Of a stretch of DNA of 64,000 nt, positions 38,752 through 47,258 are shown piece after piece. The notes beneath the pieces are model-generated. The model did not search any database and was not told the origin of the DNA. It saw only the letters and a list, made by a program, of their open reading frames with translations. The DNA comes from Candidatus Cloacimonadales bacterium (GTDB lineage Bacteria > Cloacimonadota > Cloacimonadia > Cloacimonadales > JAIOQZ01). The stretch's first letter is position 1; every line of letters starts with the position of its first letter. The stretch spans positions 2,336,001 through 2,400,000 of the forward strand of contig OY771587.1 in NCBI GenBank assembly GCA_963674825.1, given 5' to 3'. A program made the translations under genes and the position numbers.

Positions 38752-39864
38752 ATGGCGGAATTATTTCACTTTTTCAGCACGACGGCGTTTACACAATTCA
38801 CGTGGCAATATGGCGTGATGATGGCCGTTGGTCTGATCTTCATCTATCTGGGGATCGCCAAAGACTACGAGCCGCTGCTTCTGGTACCGATCGGATTCGG
38901 TATCATCATGGGGAACATCCCCGGAAGCCTCGGTGTGTACGACCTCGGATCGGTCTTCAACCAGATGTATTTCGGTGTGACTGGCGGTATTTATCCTCCG
39001 CTGATCTTCCTCGGAATTGGTGCAATGACCGACTTTTCGACCTTGATTGCCAACCCAAAGCTAATCCTTCTGGGAGCAGCCGCGCAGGTTGGTATCTTTG
39101 CGACGTTCTTCGGCGCGATCCTCATGGGATTCACCATTGGTGAAGCTGGCGCGATTGGAATCATCGGCGGTGCCGACGGCCCGACCTCGATCTTCCTCTC
39201 GTCCAAGCTGGCTCCGCACCTTGTGGGGCCTATTGCGATTGCTGCCTATTCTTATATGGCTCTCGTACCTGTGATCCAGCCTCCGATTATCCGGTTGCTG
39301 ACTACCAAGCGCGAACGCCTGATCAAGATGAAGACACCGCGGCTTGTTACAAAGCGTGAGAAAATTTTCTTCCCGCTGATTGCCGGTATCGTTACGATTT
39401 GTATCGCTCCGGGCGCTTCCGCGCTGCTGGGTATGCTCTTCTTCGGAAACTTGCTGAAGGAAAGCGGTGTGACTGAGCGTCTCGCCAACACGGCACGAAA
39501 CGCGTTGATCGATATCGTTACCATCGTACTCGGATTCAGCGTGGGTGCAAGTACGCAGGCCGATGTGTTCTTAAAGGTCGATTCGGTGAAGATCTTCACG
39601 CTGGGCGCATTTTCGTTTTGCGCTGCTACAGCAGGCGGACTTCTCTTTGCCAAGCTGATGAACCTGTTCCTGAAAGAAAAGATCAATCCCATGATCGGTG
39701 CATCTGGCGTCTCTGCTGTGCCGGATAGCGCGCGCGTGGTTCATAACGTGGGCAGAGCCTACGATAAATCGAACTACCTGCTGATGCACGCCATGGCGCC
39801 AAACGTAGCCGGTGTTATCGGCTCGGCCGTTGCCGCAGGTGTGTTGCTCGGAATCCTAGGATAA
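38752..39864 (+). CDS. mmdB: Na+-translocating decarboxylase beta subunit
   Basis: EPLLLVPIGFG, GAMTDF, IGIIGGADGPT, AAYSYMALVP, GVSAVP, PNVAGVIGSA. Confidence 0.93.
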   Translation: MAELFHFFSTTAFTQFTWQYGVMMAVGLIFIYLGIAKDYEPLLLVPIGFGIIMGNIPGSLGVYDLGSVFNQMYFGVTGGIYPPLIFLGIGAMTDFSTLIANPKLILLGAAAQVGIFATFFGAILMGFTIGEAGAIGIIGGADGPTSIFLSSKLAPHLVGPIAIAAYSYMALVPVIQPPIIRLLTTKRERLIKMKTPRLVTKREKIFFPLIAGIVTICIAPGASALLGMLFFGNLLKESGVTERLANTARNALIDIVTIVLGFSVGASTQADVFLKVDSVKIFTLGAFSFCAATAGGLLFAKLMNLFLKEKINPMIGASGVSAVPDSARVVHNVGRAYDKSNYLLMHAMAPNVAGVIGSAVAAGVLLGILG

Positions 39865-39886
39865 CGTAAATATTACATTTTACCTG

Positions 39887-39920
39887 CACCCTGGGTGGCT
39901 TGCCGCTCAGGGTGTTTTTT
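39887..39920 (+). terminator. Intrinsic terminator of the kor-mce-mmd operon
   Basis: CACCCTGGGTGGC / GCCGCTCAGGGTG stem then TTTTTT. Confidence 0.85.
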
Positions 39921-39977
39921 CTTCACCTTTAGTCGTACAAATTCCATCCATTTCTCTGGTTTTGCATCACGTGACTC

Positions 39978-40126
39978 GATCAAGATTGCATCCGCACGCA
40001 TCTTCGCCCGATCCTGTCATACCCGTGGATATACCGCGCCATCCTGACTACCGGACATGGATATAATGGCGCGAAACACCACGGTTATGACAGGATCGAA
40101 CAAATCTGATGTGCGGAGAGTTGATT
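39978..40126. repeat. Long interrupted inverted repeat (rod-like hairpin); ncRNA or REP/MITE-like element
   Basis: CGATCCTGTCATA/TATGACAGGATCG, CCGTGG/CCACGG, CGCGCCAT/ATGGCGCG, TCCGCAC/GTGCGGA nested arms. Confidence 0.65.
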
Positions 40127-40127
40127 T

Positions 40128-40862
40128 TTACAGTACGACGGTACCGCCATAGAATGGCTGGATCATGCCGTTATCGAGGCGAAGAAGGAGAGCGCCTTCT
40201 TTGTTGATACCGACGACTGTTCCTCCAAATTTCTTGAATGGTGTCTCGATAGCGATGGATTTACCTTTGAGGAAGCAGTTATCGCGATAGAGGCTCAAAA
40301 AACGCTCCCAGCCGAATTCGATGAATTCGGGCAGTCTGGAGGCGAAGATATCGAAGAACGTTCGCATGATGGCGTATTTGTCGTTCTCCTGTCCAGTAAG
40401 GACAGAGATCGAGGACGCGATACCTTCTAGATCATTGGGAAACTCGCGGTTGTTGACATTGATGCCGATGCCGACCAGATGATAATGCTGGAAAGCCAGA
40501 TGATCTGTATGGATACCGCAGATCTTGCGATCGTTCAGCATAATATCGTTGGGCCACTTGATCCGCAGGTCGCCATCCGGGATGTACTGTTTCAGCGCTT
40601 GGTATACGCATACGCCGGTGAAGAGAGTGAAGTTTGACGGTGCATCAAGATTGTAGAGTCCGAGGGTCATCCATATACCGCCTTCGGGTGAGTGCCAGGA
40701 TGCGCCGCGCCTGCCTTTGCCGGAGGATTGTTCATCTGCGAAGATGAGGAAGTTGCCCGAGACGTTCCGGTTGCGAACCATGGACTCAGCCTTGGTAGTG
40801 GTGCTTCCAACGCGCTTCAGATGGATGATCTCGTCGAATAATGTATGTTCAAAATCGCTCAT
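40128..40862 (-). CDS. birA: Biotin-protein ligase (no N-terminal HTH)
   Basis: QSSGKGRRGASW, IKWPND, KICGI, GIGINVN. Confidence 0.9.
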   Translation of the reverse strand: MSDFEHTLFDEIIHLKRVGSTTTKAESMVRNRNVSGNFLIFADEQSSGKGRRGASWHSPEGGIWMTLGLYNLDAPSNFTLFTGVCVYQALKQYIPDGDLRIKWPNDIMLNDRKICGIHTDHLAFQHYHLVGIGINVNNREFPNDLEGIASSISVLTGQENDKYAIMRTFFDIFASRLPEFIEFGWERFLSLYRDNCFLKGKSIAIETPFKKFGGTVVGINKEGALLLRLDNGMIQPFYGGTVVL

Positions 40863-40869
40863 TTCTTCC

Positions 40870-41943
40870 TCACACGATCAGCATGGCATCGCCGTAGCTG
40901 AAGAATCGGTAGCGCATCTCGACCGCCTGGCGATATGCTTCCATGATGTTGTCGAAGCCAGCGAAGGCGGATACGAGCATCAAGAGCGTAGAGCCTGGCA
41001 TGTGGAAATTTGTGATGATACCGTCCGGTATTTGGATCTGCTTGCCGGGATAGACGAAAAGATCGGTCCATTTTTCACCGGAAAGCAGTTCGCCACCCTC
41101 GGCAAACGATTCCAGTGTGCGCATGCTGGTGGTTCCAACAGCAATGACGCGGCGCCCGTCTCGCTTTGCGAGATTGACCGCGGTAGCGGTCTGCGGCGGG
41201 GCGATACAGAACTCCGAGTGCATTTGGTGCTCGCGAATATCCTCGGTGCGCACAGGCCTGAACGTGCCCAGACCGACGTGCAGGATCACCTCCTTGAACT
41301 CAACTCCCATCTCACGGAGCTGCTCCATCAGGGCGGGGGTGAAATGAAGTCCCGCCGTGGGCGCCGCCACCGACCCGCGTTGCTCGGAATAGACGGTCTG
41401 GTACGTTTGCCTGTCTTTATCCTCGGCCTCGCGTTCGATGTATGGCGGAAGTGGCATCTTTCCGTAGGTCTCGAGCTGCTGCCAGAAATCGCCATCGTGC
41501 TCGAAATCCACTACCCGGTTGTGCTCTTCTGTCCGATCGCCAACAACCGCCTCAAAGCCTTCCCCAATGATCACGCGACTGCCGTTTCTCGTGCGTGCCG
41601 ATGGGCGAACCATGCACTCCCAGCGGCTTCCTTCCAAGTGGTTGAGAAGGAATATCTCAACCTGGCCGCCGGTCGTCTTTTTGCCGAAGATCCGCGCAGG
41701 TATGACCTTTGTGCGGTTGATAACGAGCAAGTCGCCTTCGTGAAGCAACTCGGGAAGGTGAGAAAACTGAGTATGGTTAATACTACCGCTTTGACGCCCG
41801 AGCTGAAGAAGTCGTGAACCGCTACGATTCTCGAGTGGGTACTGTGCGATCAGCTCCTTGGGAAGGTCGTATTCGTAGCTGGTACGTCGATACTGGTAGG
41901 GTATTTCAATATCCGGTGTTTTTTGATTCTTCGAGGATGGCAT
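40870..41943 (-). CDS. queA: S-adenosylmethionine:tRNA ribosyltransferase-isomerase
   Basis: LIAQYP, PLPPYI, YQTVY, AAPTAGLHFT, LHVGLGTF, AVGTT, RFFSYGDAM; start uncertain. Confidence 0.95.
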   Translation of the reverse strand: MPSSKNQKTPDIEIPYQYRRTSYEYDLPKELIAQYPLENRSGSRLLQLGRQSGSINHTQFSHLPELLHEGDLLVINRTKVIPARIFGKKTTGGQVEIFLLNHLEGSRWECMVRPSARTRNGSRVIIGEGFEAVVGDRTEEHNRVVDFEHDGDFWQQLETYGKMPLPPYIEREAEDKDRQTYQTVYSEQRGSVAAPTAGLHFTPALMEQLREMGVEFKEVILHVGLGTFRPVRTEDIREHQMHSEFCIAPPQTATAVNLAKRDGRRVIAVGTTSMRTLESFAEGGELLSGEKWTDLFVYPGKQIQIPDGIITNFHMPGSTLLMLVSAFAGFDNIMEAYRQAVEMRYRFFSYGDAMLIV

Positions 41944-42649
41944 AAAAGTTCCAGAGTCCAATTTTGCTTTTGACTTGAACGGGAATCTTGAATTCGTCGT
42001 TGGTCAGCCAGATTTCGATGCGTCCCGATTGCTTGAAGATCGCGTCTCCCTGCAAGAGCGGTTCGACAAGGATACATTCTTTCTCGCCGAACATGGTGTC
42101 CAGCGTTTCGTATTTATGCACCAGCACGGTAGCGCGGTAGTTTCTTCCATCGGCTACAACGTTCACGTAGAGCGTGTCGCCAGGCGCGAAGTCTTGCAAA
42201 CGAACCCAGTAGAGCGAGCTGAGGATGTCCTGTGTGTTCTCGGGGATATCGAAGCGATCTTCCTTCATCTGCTGCTTCTTGAAGTCGTAGCGATTGTAGA
42301 TCGTGAAGCCCTGCTCCGGGTAGTAGAAGTGGATACGCAACTGACGATACGAGCCTTCGTGCAGGTTCTTGCTGAACTTGTGGGTAATATGCTTGCTTGC
42401 GTCCCACACGGAAGAAATTTCGTCGCGAACCTTGTAGAAATTGTCGAAGAACGAATTCGTCCGCGCTTTCGAGGTTATTTCGAAGACTGGAATTGTGTCA
42501 CGTAGTGTGCTTTGCTGATAGGTAATGGTTGCCTTACCAGCGCTGACACCGGCGTACTTCACGTTGAACGTGAGGCTTTCGCCCGGATTGACAGCGATGA
42601 GTGCCGCGGTGATTACTAGGAACGTTAGTGCGATGAACCATTTATTCAT
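41906..42649 (-). CDS. DUF3108-like exported protein
   Basis: Signal peptide, GESLTFNVKY, FYKVRD, DILS, IWLTNDEFKIPVQV. Confidence 0.7.
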   Translation of the reverse strand: MNKWFIALTFLVITAALIAVNPGESLTFNVKYAGVSAGKATITYQQSTLRDTIPVFEITSKARTNSFFDNFYKVRDEISSVWDASKHITHKFSKNLHEGSYRQLRIHFYYPEQGFTIYNRYDFKKQQMKEDRFDIPENTQDILSSLYWVRLQDFAPGDTLYVNVVADGRNYRATVLVHKYETLDTMFGEKECILVEPLLQGDAIFKQSGRIEIWLTNDEFKIPVQVKSKIGLWNFYAILEESKNTGY

Positions 42650-42652
42650 AGA

Positions 42653-43372
42653 TTAAATCTTTCCCCCGGTAAGGAAAAACTCCTCGCCGGTCATGTAACT
42701 GTTTTCGTCCGAGACCAGGAACTTGCACATCCCATAGATGTCGTCCGGTTTTGCCAGCCTTCCGAGCGGGATACGCGCTAGTTGACGGCGGTAGTACTCC
42801 TCGCGGAACAGACGGTACATTCCCGGAAAATGAGTGTCATCTATTTCAACGGGTCCGGGCGATACGACGTTACACAGGATGTCCTTTTCCTCCAGTGAGA
42901 TTGTACGACATATATTTGTGATAGCGGCCTTGGATGCGGCGTAAGCGCTTCCGTTCATGAGCCCGATGCGGCTTACATCGGATCCGAATAGTACAATTCG
43001 ACCCGGCTTTGCTTCACGAAGAATCGGAACGGTCGCTTTCAAGATATGATAACAGCCCAGTACGTTGCTGTCGAGCGTCGCTTTCCAGTGCTCTGGATCG
43101 GTCTGGGAGAGGTGCATGAAATCGGTGCTACGGACTGACGCTGTGTGGATGAGCACTGTAGGTCTGAATCGTAAGGATTCGATTGTATTATTCACTTGGG
43201 GCCAATCGGAAAGCTCGACGCGATGCGCTTCGACGTCCGCGTGATCAAGAAGGTGCGCGATGCGGTTGTCGTTTTTATAATAGAATAGGATCAGCTTGTG
43301 TCCTTCGTTCAAGAATTTCTCTGCGAGATATGCGCCGATATTGCCGTTTGCACCGGTGATCAGGATGGTCAT
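42653..43372 (-). CDS. SDR family oxidoreductase
   Basis: ITGANGNIG, YAASK, NVVSPG, YMTGE; start MTILITG overlapping the coaBC stop. Confidence 0.88.
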   Translation of the reverse strand: MTILITGANGNIGAYLAEKFLNEGHKLILFYYKNDNRIAHLLDHADVEAHRVELSDWPQVNNTIESLRFRPTVLIHTASVRSTDFMHLSQTDPEHWKATLDSNVLGCYHILKATVPILREAKPGRIVLFGSDVSRIGLMNGSAYAASKAAITNICRTISLEEKDILCNVVSPGPVEIDDTHFPGMYRLFREEYYRRQLARIPLGRLAKPDDIYGMCKFLVSDENSYMTGEEFFLTGGKI

Positions 43373-44535
43373 CGTTTTGCTCCCGTAATGATATCGAGCA
43401 GCTTGTGTGCAAGATCGAACTTGCTGCCGGTAAGCTCTGTGACATCCTTCTTCGAGATGACGTGCAAGTGCGAGTCCAGTTGCCCGGATACGCGTATCAG
43501 ATTGCCGCATACGAAGTCCAGGTTCTTGCTTTGCAATTTTTTACGGGCGTTATCCACGACATCATCGCTTTCTGCGGCGAATCCGACCAGTATCTGGTGC
43601 GGTTTCTTCGCTTCGCCCAGTGCTTTAAGGATGTCTTGCGTGCGCTTCATTGGGAGGATGAGGTCACCGGATTTCTTCATCTTACCAGATACCGGGTCGG
43701 CGAAAGTGTAGTCAGTCACAGCCGCAGCTTTGAAGAGGATGTCGCAGTTTGGGAAATGCTCGAGGCAAGCCTGAAGCATCTCATGGGCTGTCTCGGCATG
43801 GATACCCTCCAAATAGTGGGGCAGAGGCTCGTCCAGATGAGCGTGGATGAGCGTAACCTCGGCTCCGCGAAGGTAAGCTGCTCTGGCGAGCGCAAGTCCG
43901 GTCTTGCCGGAGGAATGGTTGGTCAGGAAGCGCATCTCGTCCAGGTGTTCACGGCATGCTCCAGCGGTGATCATGATCCGCTTGCTTTCGAGGTCACGAC
44001 CATACTTCAGGTAGGTCTGGATGGCGAAGACAATCTCTGTTGTTGCGGGGAAGCGTCCCTTGCCAACGTAACCGCAGGCGAGTCTCCCCGATTCCGGTTC
44101 AAGTACCATCCATCCGTGCTTCTTGAGCTTGTCGAGATTCTCCTGCACGATGGAATTGGCGAACATATTCACGTTCATCGCCGGGACAATGAGTTTCTTC
44201 GTGTGCATCGCCAACGCGGTTGTGGTGAGCAGGTCGTCTGCGATACCGGAGGCGAGCTTGCCGATGATGTTGGCGGTCGCGGGTGCGATAACCATGATAT
44301 CGGCCCAGTCAGCCAGATCGATGTGCGCGATAGGCTCATCGAGGTTGAAGGCGCAGGTTTCCACCTGGTCACGCGTGATAGCCCGGAAGGCGTCCGGTGT
44401 GACGAACTTACGGCTGTTTTCGGTCATGATGGTGCGGACTTTCGCCCCTGCCTTGATCAGGCTGCTTGCCAGATCGAGCGCTTTATAGGCTGCGATGCCG
44501 CCGGTTACGCCGAGTAAAATCTTCGCATCTTTCAT
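43369..44535 (-). CDS. coaBC: Bifunctional phosphopantothenoylcysteine decarboxylase/synthetase
   Basis: GVTGGIAAYKA, APATAN, PAMN, LACG..GKGR, NHSSGKTG, AAAVTDY, GFAAES. Confidence 0.95.
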   Translation of the reverse strand: MKDAKILLGVTGGIAAYKALDLASSLIKAGAKVRTIMTENSRKFVTPDAFRAITRDQVETCAFNLDEPIAHIDLADWADIMVIAPATANIIGKLASGIADDLLTTTALAMHTKKLIVPAMNVNMFANSIVQENLDKLKKHGWMVLEPESGRLACGYVGKGRFPATTEIVFAIQTYLKYGRDLESKRIMITAGACREHLDEMRFLTNHSSGKTGLALARAAYLRGAEVTLIHAHLDEPLPHYLEGIHAETAHEMLQACLEHFPNCDILFKAAAVTDYTFADPVSGKMKKSGDLILPMKRTQDILKALGEAKKPHQILVGFAAESDDVVDNARKKLQSKNLDFVCGNLIRVSGQLDSHLHVISKKDVTELTGSKFDLAHKLLDIITGAKR

Positions 44536-44848
44536 CGTGTCCTCGCTTCGTCTCTATGGAGCTACAAAATAGACTCCAGCTACGTTGTAAAGGAAAATCA
44601 ACGAATCGAAAAAGGAGGACAGAAATAACATGCAGGGGATTCAATATTTTTATATGAAACCTAACCTCTTCATTTAGAGGTTGTTTGTCTCATTTTGATT
44701 TACGGATTGTATAACCATTTGAAAAACAATAAAATGGATTTTCTTTGGGTTGGAAATTATGGCTTGACAAATAATGCATTCCGTTTTTTTTCGTATCGTG
44801 TTTGTTTCGATGTGTTTCAACACATAACAAGCCAGATATTCGGTTGAG

Positions 44849-44876
44849 AAACTGACTGTCGTAGTCAGTTTTTTTT
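44849..44876 (+). terminator. Terminator-like leader hairpin upstream of rimP (attenuator candidate)
   Basis: AAACTGACT-GTCGT-AGTCAGTTT followed by T-run, between TTGACA (44764) and rimP. Confidence 0.65.
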
Positions 44877-44938
44877 ATGATGAAAAGTGCATTTCATTAA
44901 GGATATCGGGCGGCGAGAATAGATCGAGGTTAATAACT

Positions 44939-45412
44939 ATGGATAAGCGATTTCAACAGCTTGAATCGATTGCGAAGGACATCTGTCAAAAGCACGGTGC
45001 AGCGCTTTACGATCTGGAAGTCAAGACTACGCGCAAGGGTATGATCGTTGCGGTGTTCCTGACAAAAATCGGCGGTGTATCTGTCGATGACTGTGCCGGT
45101 GTGAGCAGAGAGCTCGATCAGGAACTCGACCGTATTGACCTTTTCCCGGGAAGCTACTTTTTGGAAGTCTCTTCCGCAGGGCTGGAACGACCGCTGAAGC
45201 TGAAGAAGCACTTTGTCAGCGCGATCAATGAGCTGGTCCGCGTTACATGGAAAGAAGACGAAAAGACTCACACGCATGATGGAATCCTCGAAGAAGTGCG
45301 CGAGGACGATATCGTTCTCAAGGTGGGTGAGGAGTCGATCAGTGTTCCCTATAAAGAAATCCGTAAAGCTAAGACGGTTTTCGAAATGAAGAAAAGCAAG
45401 AATAGTCAATAA
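44939..45412 (+). CDS. rimP: Ribosome maturation factor RimP
   Basis: GVSVDDC..VSR, YFLEVSSAGLERPL. Confidence 0.93.
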   Translation: MDKRFQQLESIAKDICQKHGAALYDLEVKTTRKGMIVAVFLTKIGGVSVDDCAGVSRELDQELDRIDLFPGSYFLEVSSAGLERPLKLKKHFVSAINELVRVTWKEDEKTHTHDGILEEVREDDIVLKVGEESISVPYKEIRKAKTVFEMKKSKNSQ

Positions 45413-45425
45413 GGGAGTCGCAAAG

Positions 45426-46661
45426 ATGGCAGCAAACCTGATGGCAATCGTAAATGAGCTTGCGTCACTAAAGCAGCTCGATAAAAGTAAAGTGGCAGAG
45501 ATAATCAAGGAAGGGCTCTACGTAGCCATATCCAAGAAGCTCGAGCCTGAAAATGAACTGGAGATCGTCACCAACTACGAGAAGAGCGCCGTTGTAGCGA
45601 GATTCAAGCGCCACGTTGTGGAGCAGGATTATCAGCTCGGTGAGATTTCCGTGGAAGCAGCGCGTGCCGAGTACGACTCTAAAGCAGAAGTCGATGACTG
45701 GATCGAGGTAGAAATGCAGATCCACGAATTCGAACCGAAGGTTATCAAGAACGCTCGCAAGGCGATCCAGGAAAAGATTAAAGAGCTCGAAGAAGAGCGC
45801 ATCATGTTCGACTACGAGAAGCAGCATAAGCAGATCGTCACCGGTAAGATCCGCAAGGTTGACTACAACGGTTATACGGTCGATATCGGCTATGCCGACG
45901 CGCTTCTTCCCGTTGAAGAGCAGGTGGAAGACGAATTTTACAAGGTTGGCGATCTTGTACGTGCGTACGTATTGAACATCCGTAAACTGAAAGCGGATGT
46001 AAAAGTTATTCTTTCACGCACTCATCCCGAATTTGTTAAAAAGCTTTTTGAAAGCGAGATACCGGAAGTGTTTTCCGGAGAGATCGAATTACGTAAGATC
46101 GTGCGTGAGCCCGGCCTGCGCACCAAAGTGTGTGTTTCGTCGAAAGACAAGAATATTGATCCGGCTGGAAGCTGCCTGGGCCCCAAGGGTATCCGCATTG
46201 AGCAGATCCGCAAAGAACTCCACAGTGAGCAGATCGACATCGTGGTCTGGGATGAATCGCCGGAGCAGTTTATCGCCAACGCCATTGGAAACGACCTGGT
46301 GGAACGCGTATATCTGGCCGATCGCGGCAAGTTCGCTCGCGTGATCGTTCAGGATCGTAACAAGAACCTGGCGATTGGTAAAAAGGGTAAGAATGTCAAG
46401 CTGGCAGCTAAGCTGACCGAGTTCAAGCTGGATATCTATACCGAAGAAGAATTCGAAGAGAAGATTTCGGAAGAAAGAAGAATCACCAGTCACGTGATCG
46501 AGCTGGACGGAATCACCCCCAAGATCGCGGACATCCTCAAGGATCACGGATACACCTCGGTTCAGGATATTCACGAGGCGTCTGTGGAAGAGCTTTGCAA
46601 CCTTGAAGGAATCGGAGAAAAGACCGCGATCAAGCTGAAGGAATCCGCGGCCCTCTTCTAA
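45426..46661 (+). CDS. nusA: Transcription termination/antitermination factor NusA
   Basis: LSRTHP, REPGLRTK, IDPAGSCLG, EQIDIV, AIGKKGKNVKLAAKLT; C-terminal HhH. Confidence 0.95.
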   Translation: MAANLMAIVNELASLKQLDKSKVAEIIKEGLYVAISKKLEPENELEIVTNYEKSAVVARFKRHVVEQDYQLGEISVEAARAEYDSKAEVDDWIEVEMQIHEFEPKVIKNARKAIQEKIKELEEERIMFDYEKQHKQIVTGKIRKVDYNGYTVDIGYADALLPVEEQVEDEFYKVGDLVRAYVLNIRKLKADVKVILSRTHPEFVKKLFESEIPEVFSGEIELRKIVREPGLRTKVCVSSKDKNIDPAGSCLGPKGIRIEQIRKELHSEQIDIVVWDESPEQFIANAIGNDLVERVYLADRGKFARVIVQDRNKNLAIGKKGKNVKLAAKLTEFKLDIYTEEEFEEKISEERRITSHVIELDGITPKIADILKDHGYTSVQDIHEASVEELCNLEGIGEKTAIKLKESAALF

Positions 46662-46921
46662 TGCCGAACCGGTCTTCGCATGCCGGGCATGTTCCGGAAC
46701 GAACCTGTGTTATTTGCAGGAAGAAGTTGGACAAGGCGAACTTGCTTCGTCTGGTTGTGCTGGATCGGAATCTCTATATAGACATGACAGGGAAATTGTC
46801 GCGGCGCGGCTACTACGTGTGCGACGATAATCAATGCCTGGAGCAGCTGGAAAAATGGCATCGTAAAAAGATGCGCCGGTCTCTGGGTCGCCAGACGAAA
46901 TCTGGTGATAAAGGAAAGTAA
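46661..46921 (+). CDS. ylxR: YlxR/RnpM (DUF448) RNA-binding protein
   Basis: PERTCVICR, LLRLV, RGYYVC; nusA-infB context. Confidence 0.88.
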   Translation: MPNRSSHAGHVPERTCVICRKKLDKANLLRLVVLDRNLYIDMTGKLSRRGYYVCDDNQCLEQLEKWHRKKMRRSLGRQTKSGDKGK

Positions 46922-47239
46922 GTGGAACAAAACAAGGTCGATGAAAAGGTAATGACACTGGTGCATTTCGCACGCAAGTCGGGAAAACTGGTGATCGGTT
47001 ACGACGCAGTACGGCGCTCGGTCGAATCAGGGCATTCGATTCTGGTGCTTATCGCGAACGACCTGGAGAAGGGCAGGCAGCGCAGCATGCGCTTTCTGTG
47101 CGAACAGAGCAAGGTTCAGCTGAGGCTCTTCTCCGATAAAAATAACATTGGAATAGCACTGAACACCCGGGATGTGGGGATCGTCAGTATTGAAGATCGC
47201 AACCTTGCCCGGGGCGCTATGAAATATTTGGATCAATAG
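46922..47239 (+). CDS. ylxQ: L7Ae/L30e-family protein (YlxQ-like)
   Basis: ARKSGKLVIG.DAV, LVLIAND; context. Confidence 0.85.
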   Translation: MEQNKVDEKVMTLVHFARKSGKLVIGYDAVRRSVESGHSILVLIANDLEKGRQRSMRFLCEQSKVQLRLFSDKNNIGIALNTRDVGIVSIEDRNLARGAMKYLDQ

Positions 47240-47258
47240 GGTTCAGTCTGGAGGAAAC

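Noticed and set aside
40717..44517. Antisense ORFs of 366 aa (40717-41817) and 370 aa (43405-44517)
   Set aside because: Lie opposite queA and coaBC; no recognisable domain
44663..44682. AACCTCT/AGAGGTT hairpin resembling the purM leader closing stem
   Set aside because: 7-bp similarity could be chance; no other shared structure
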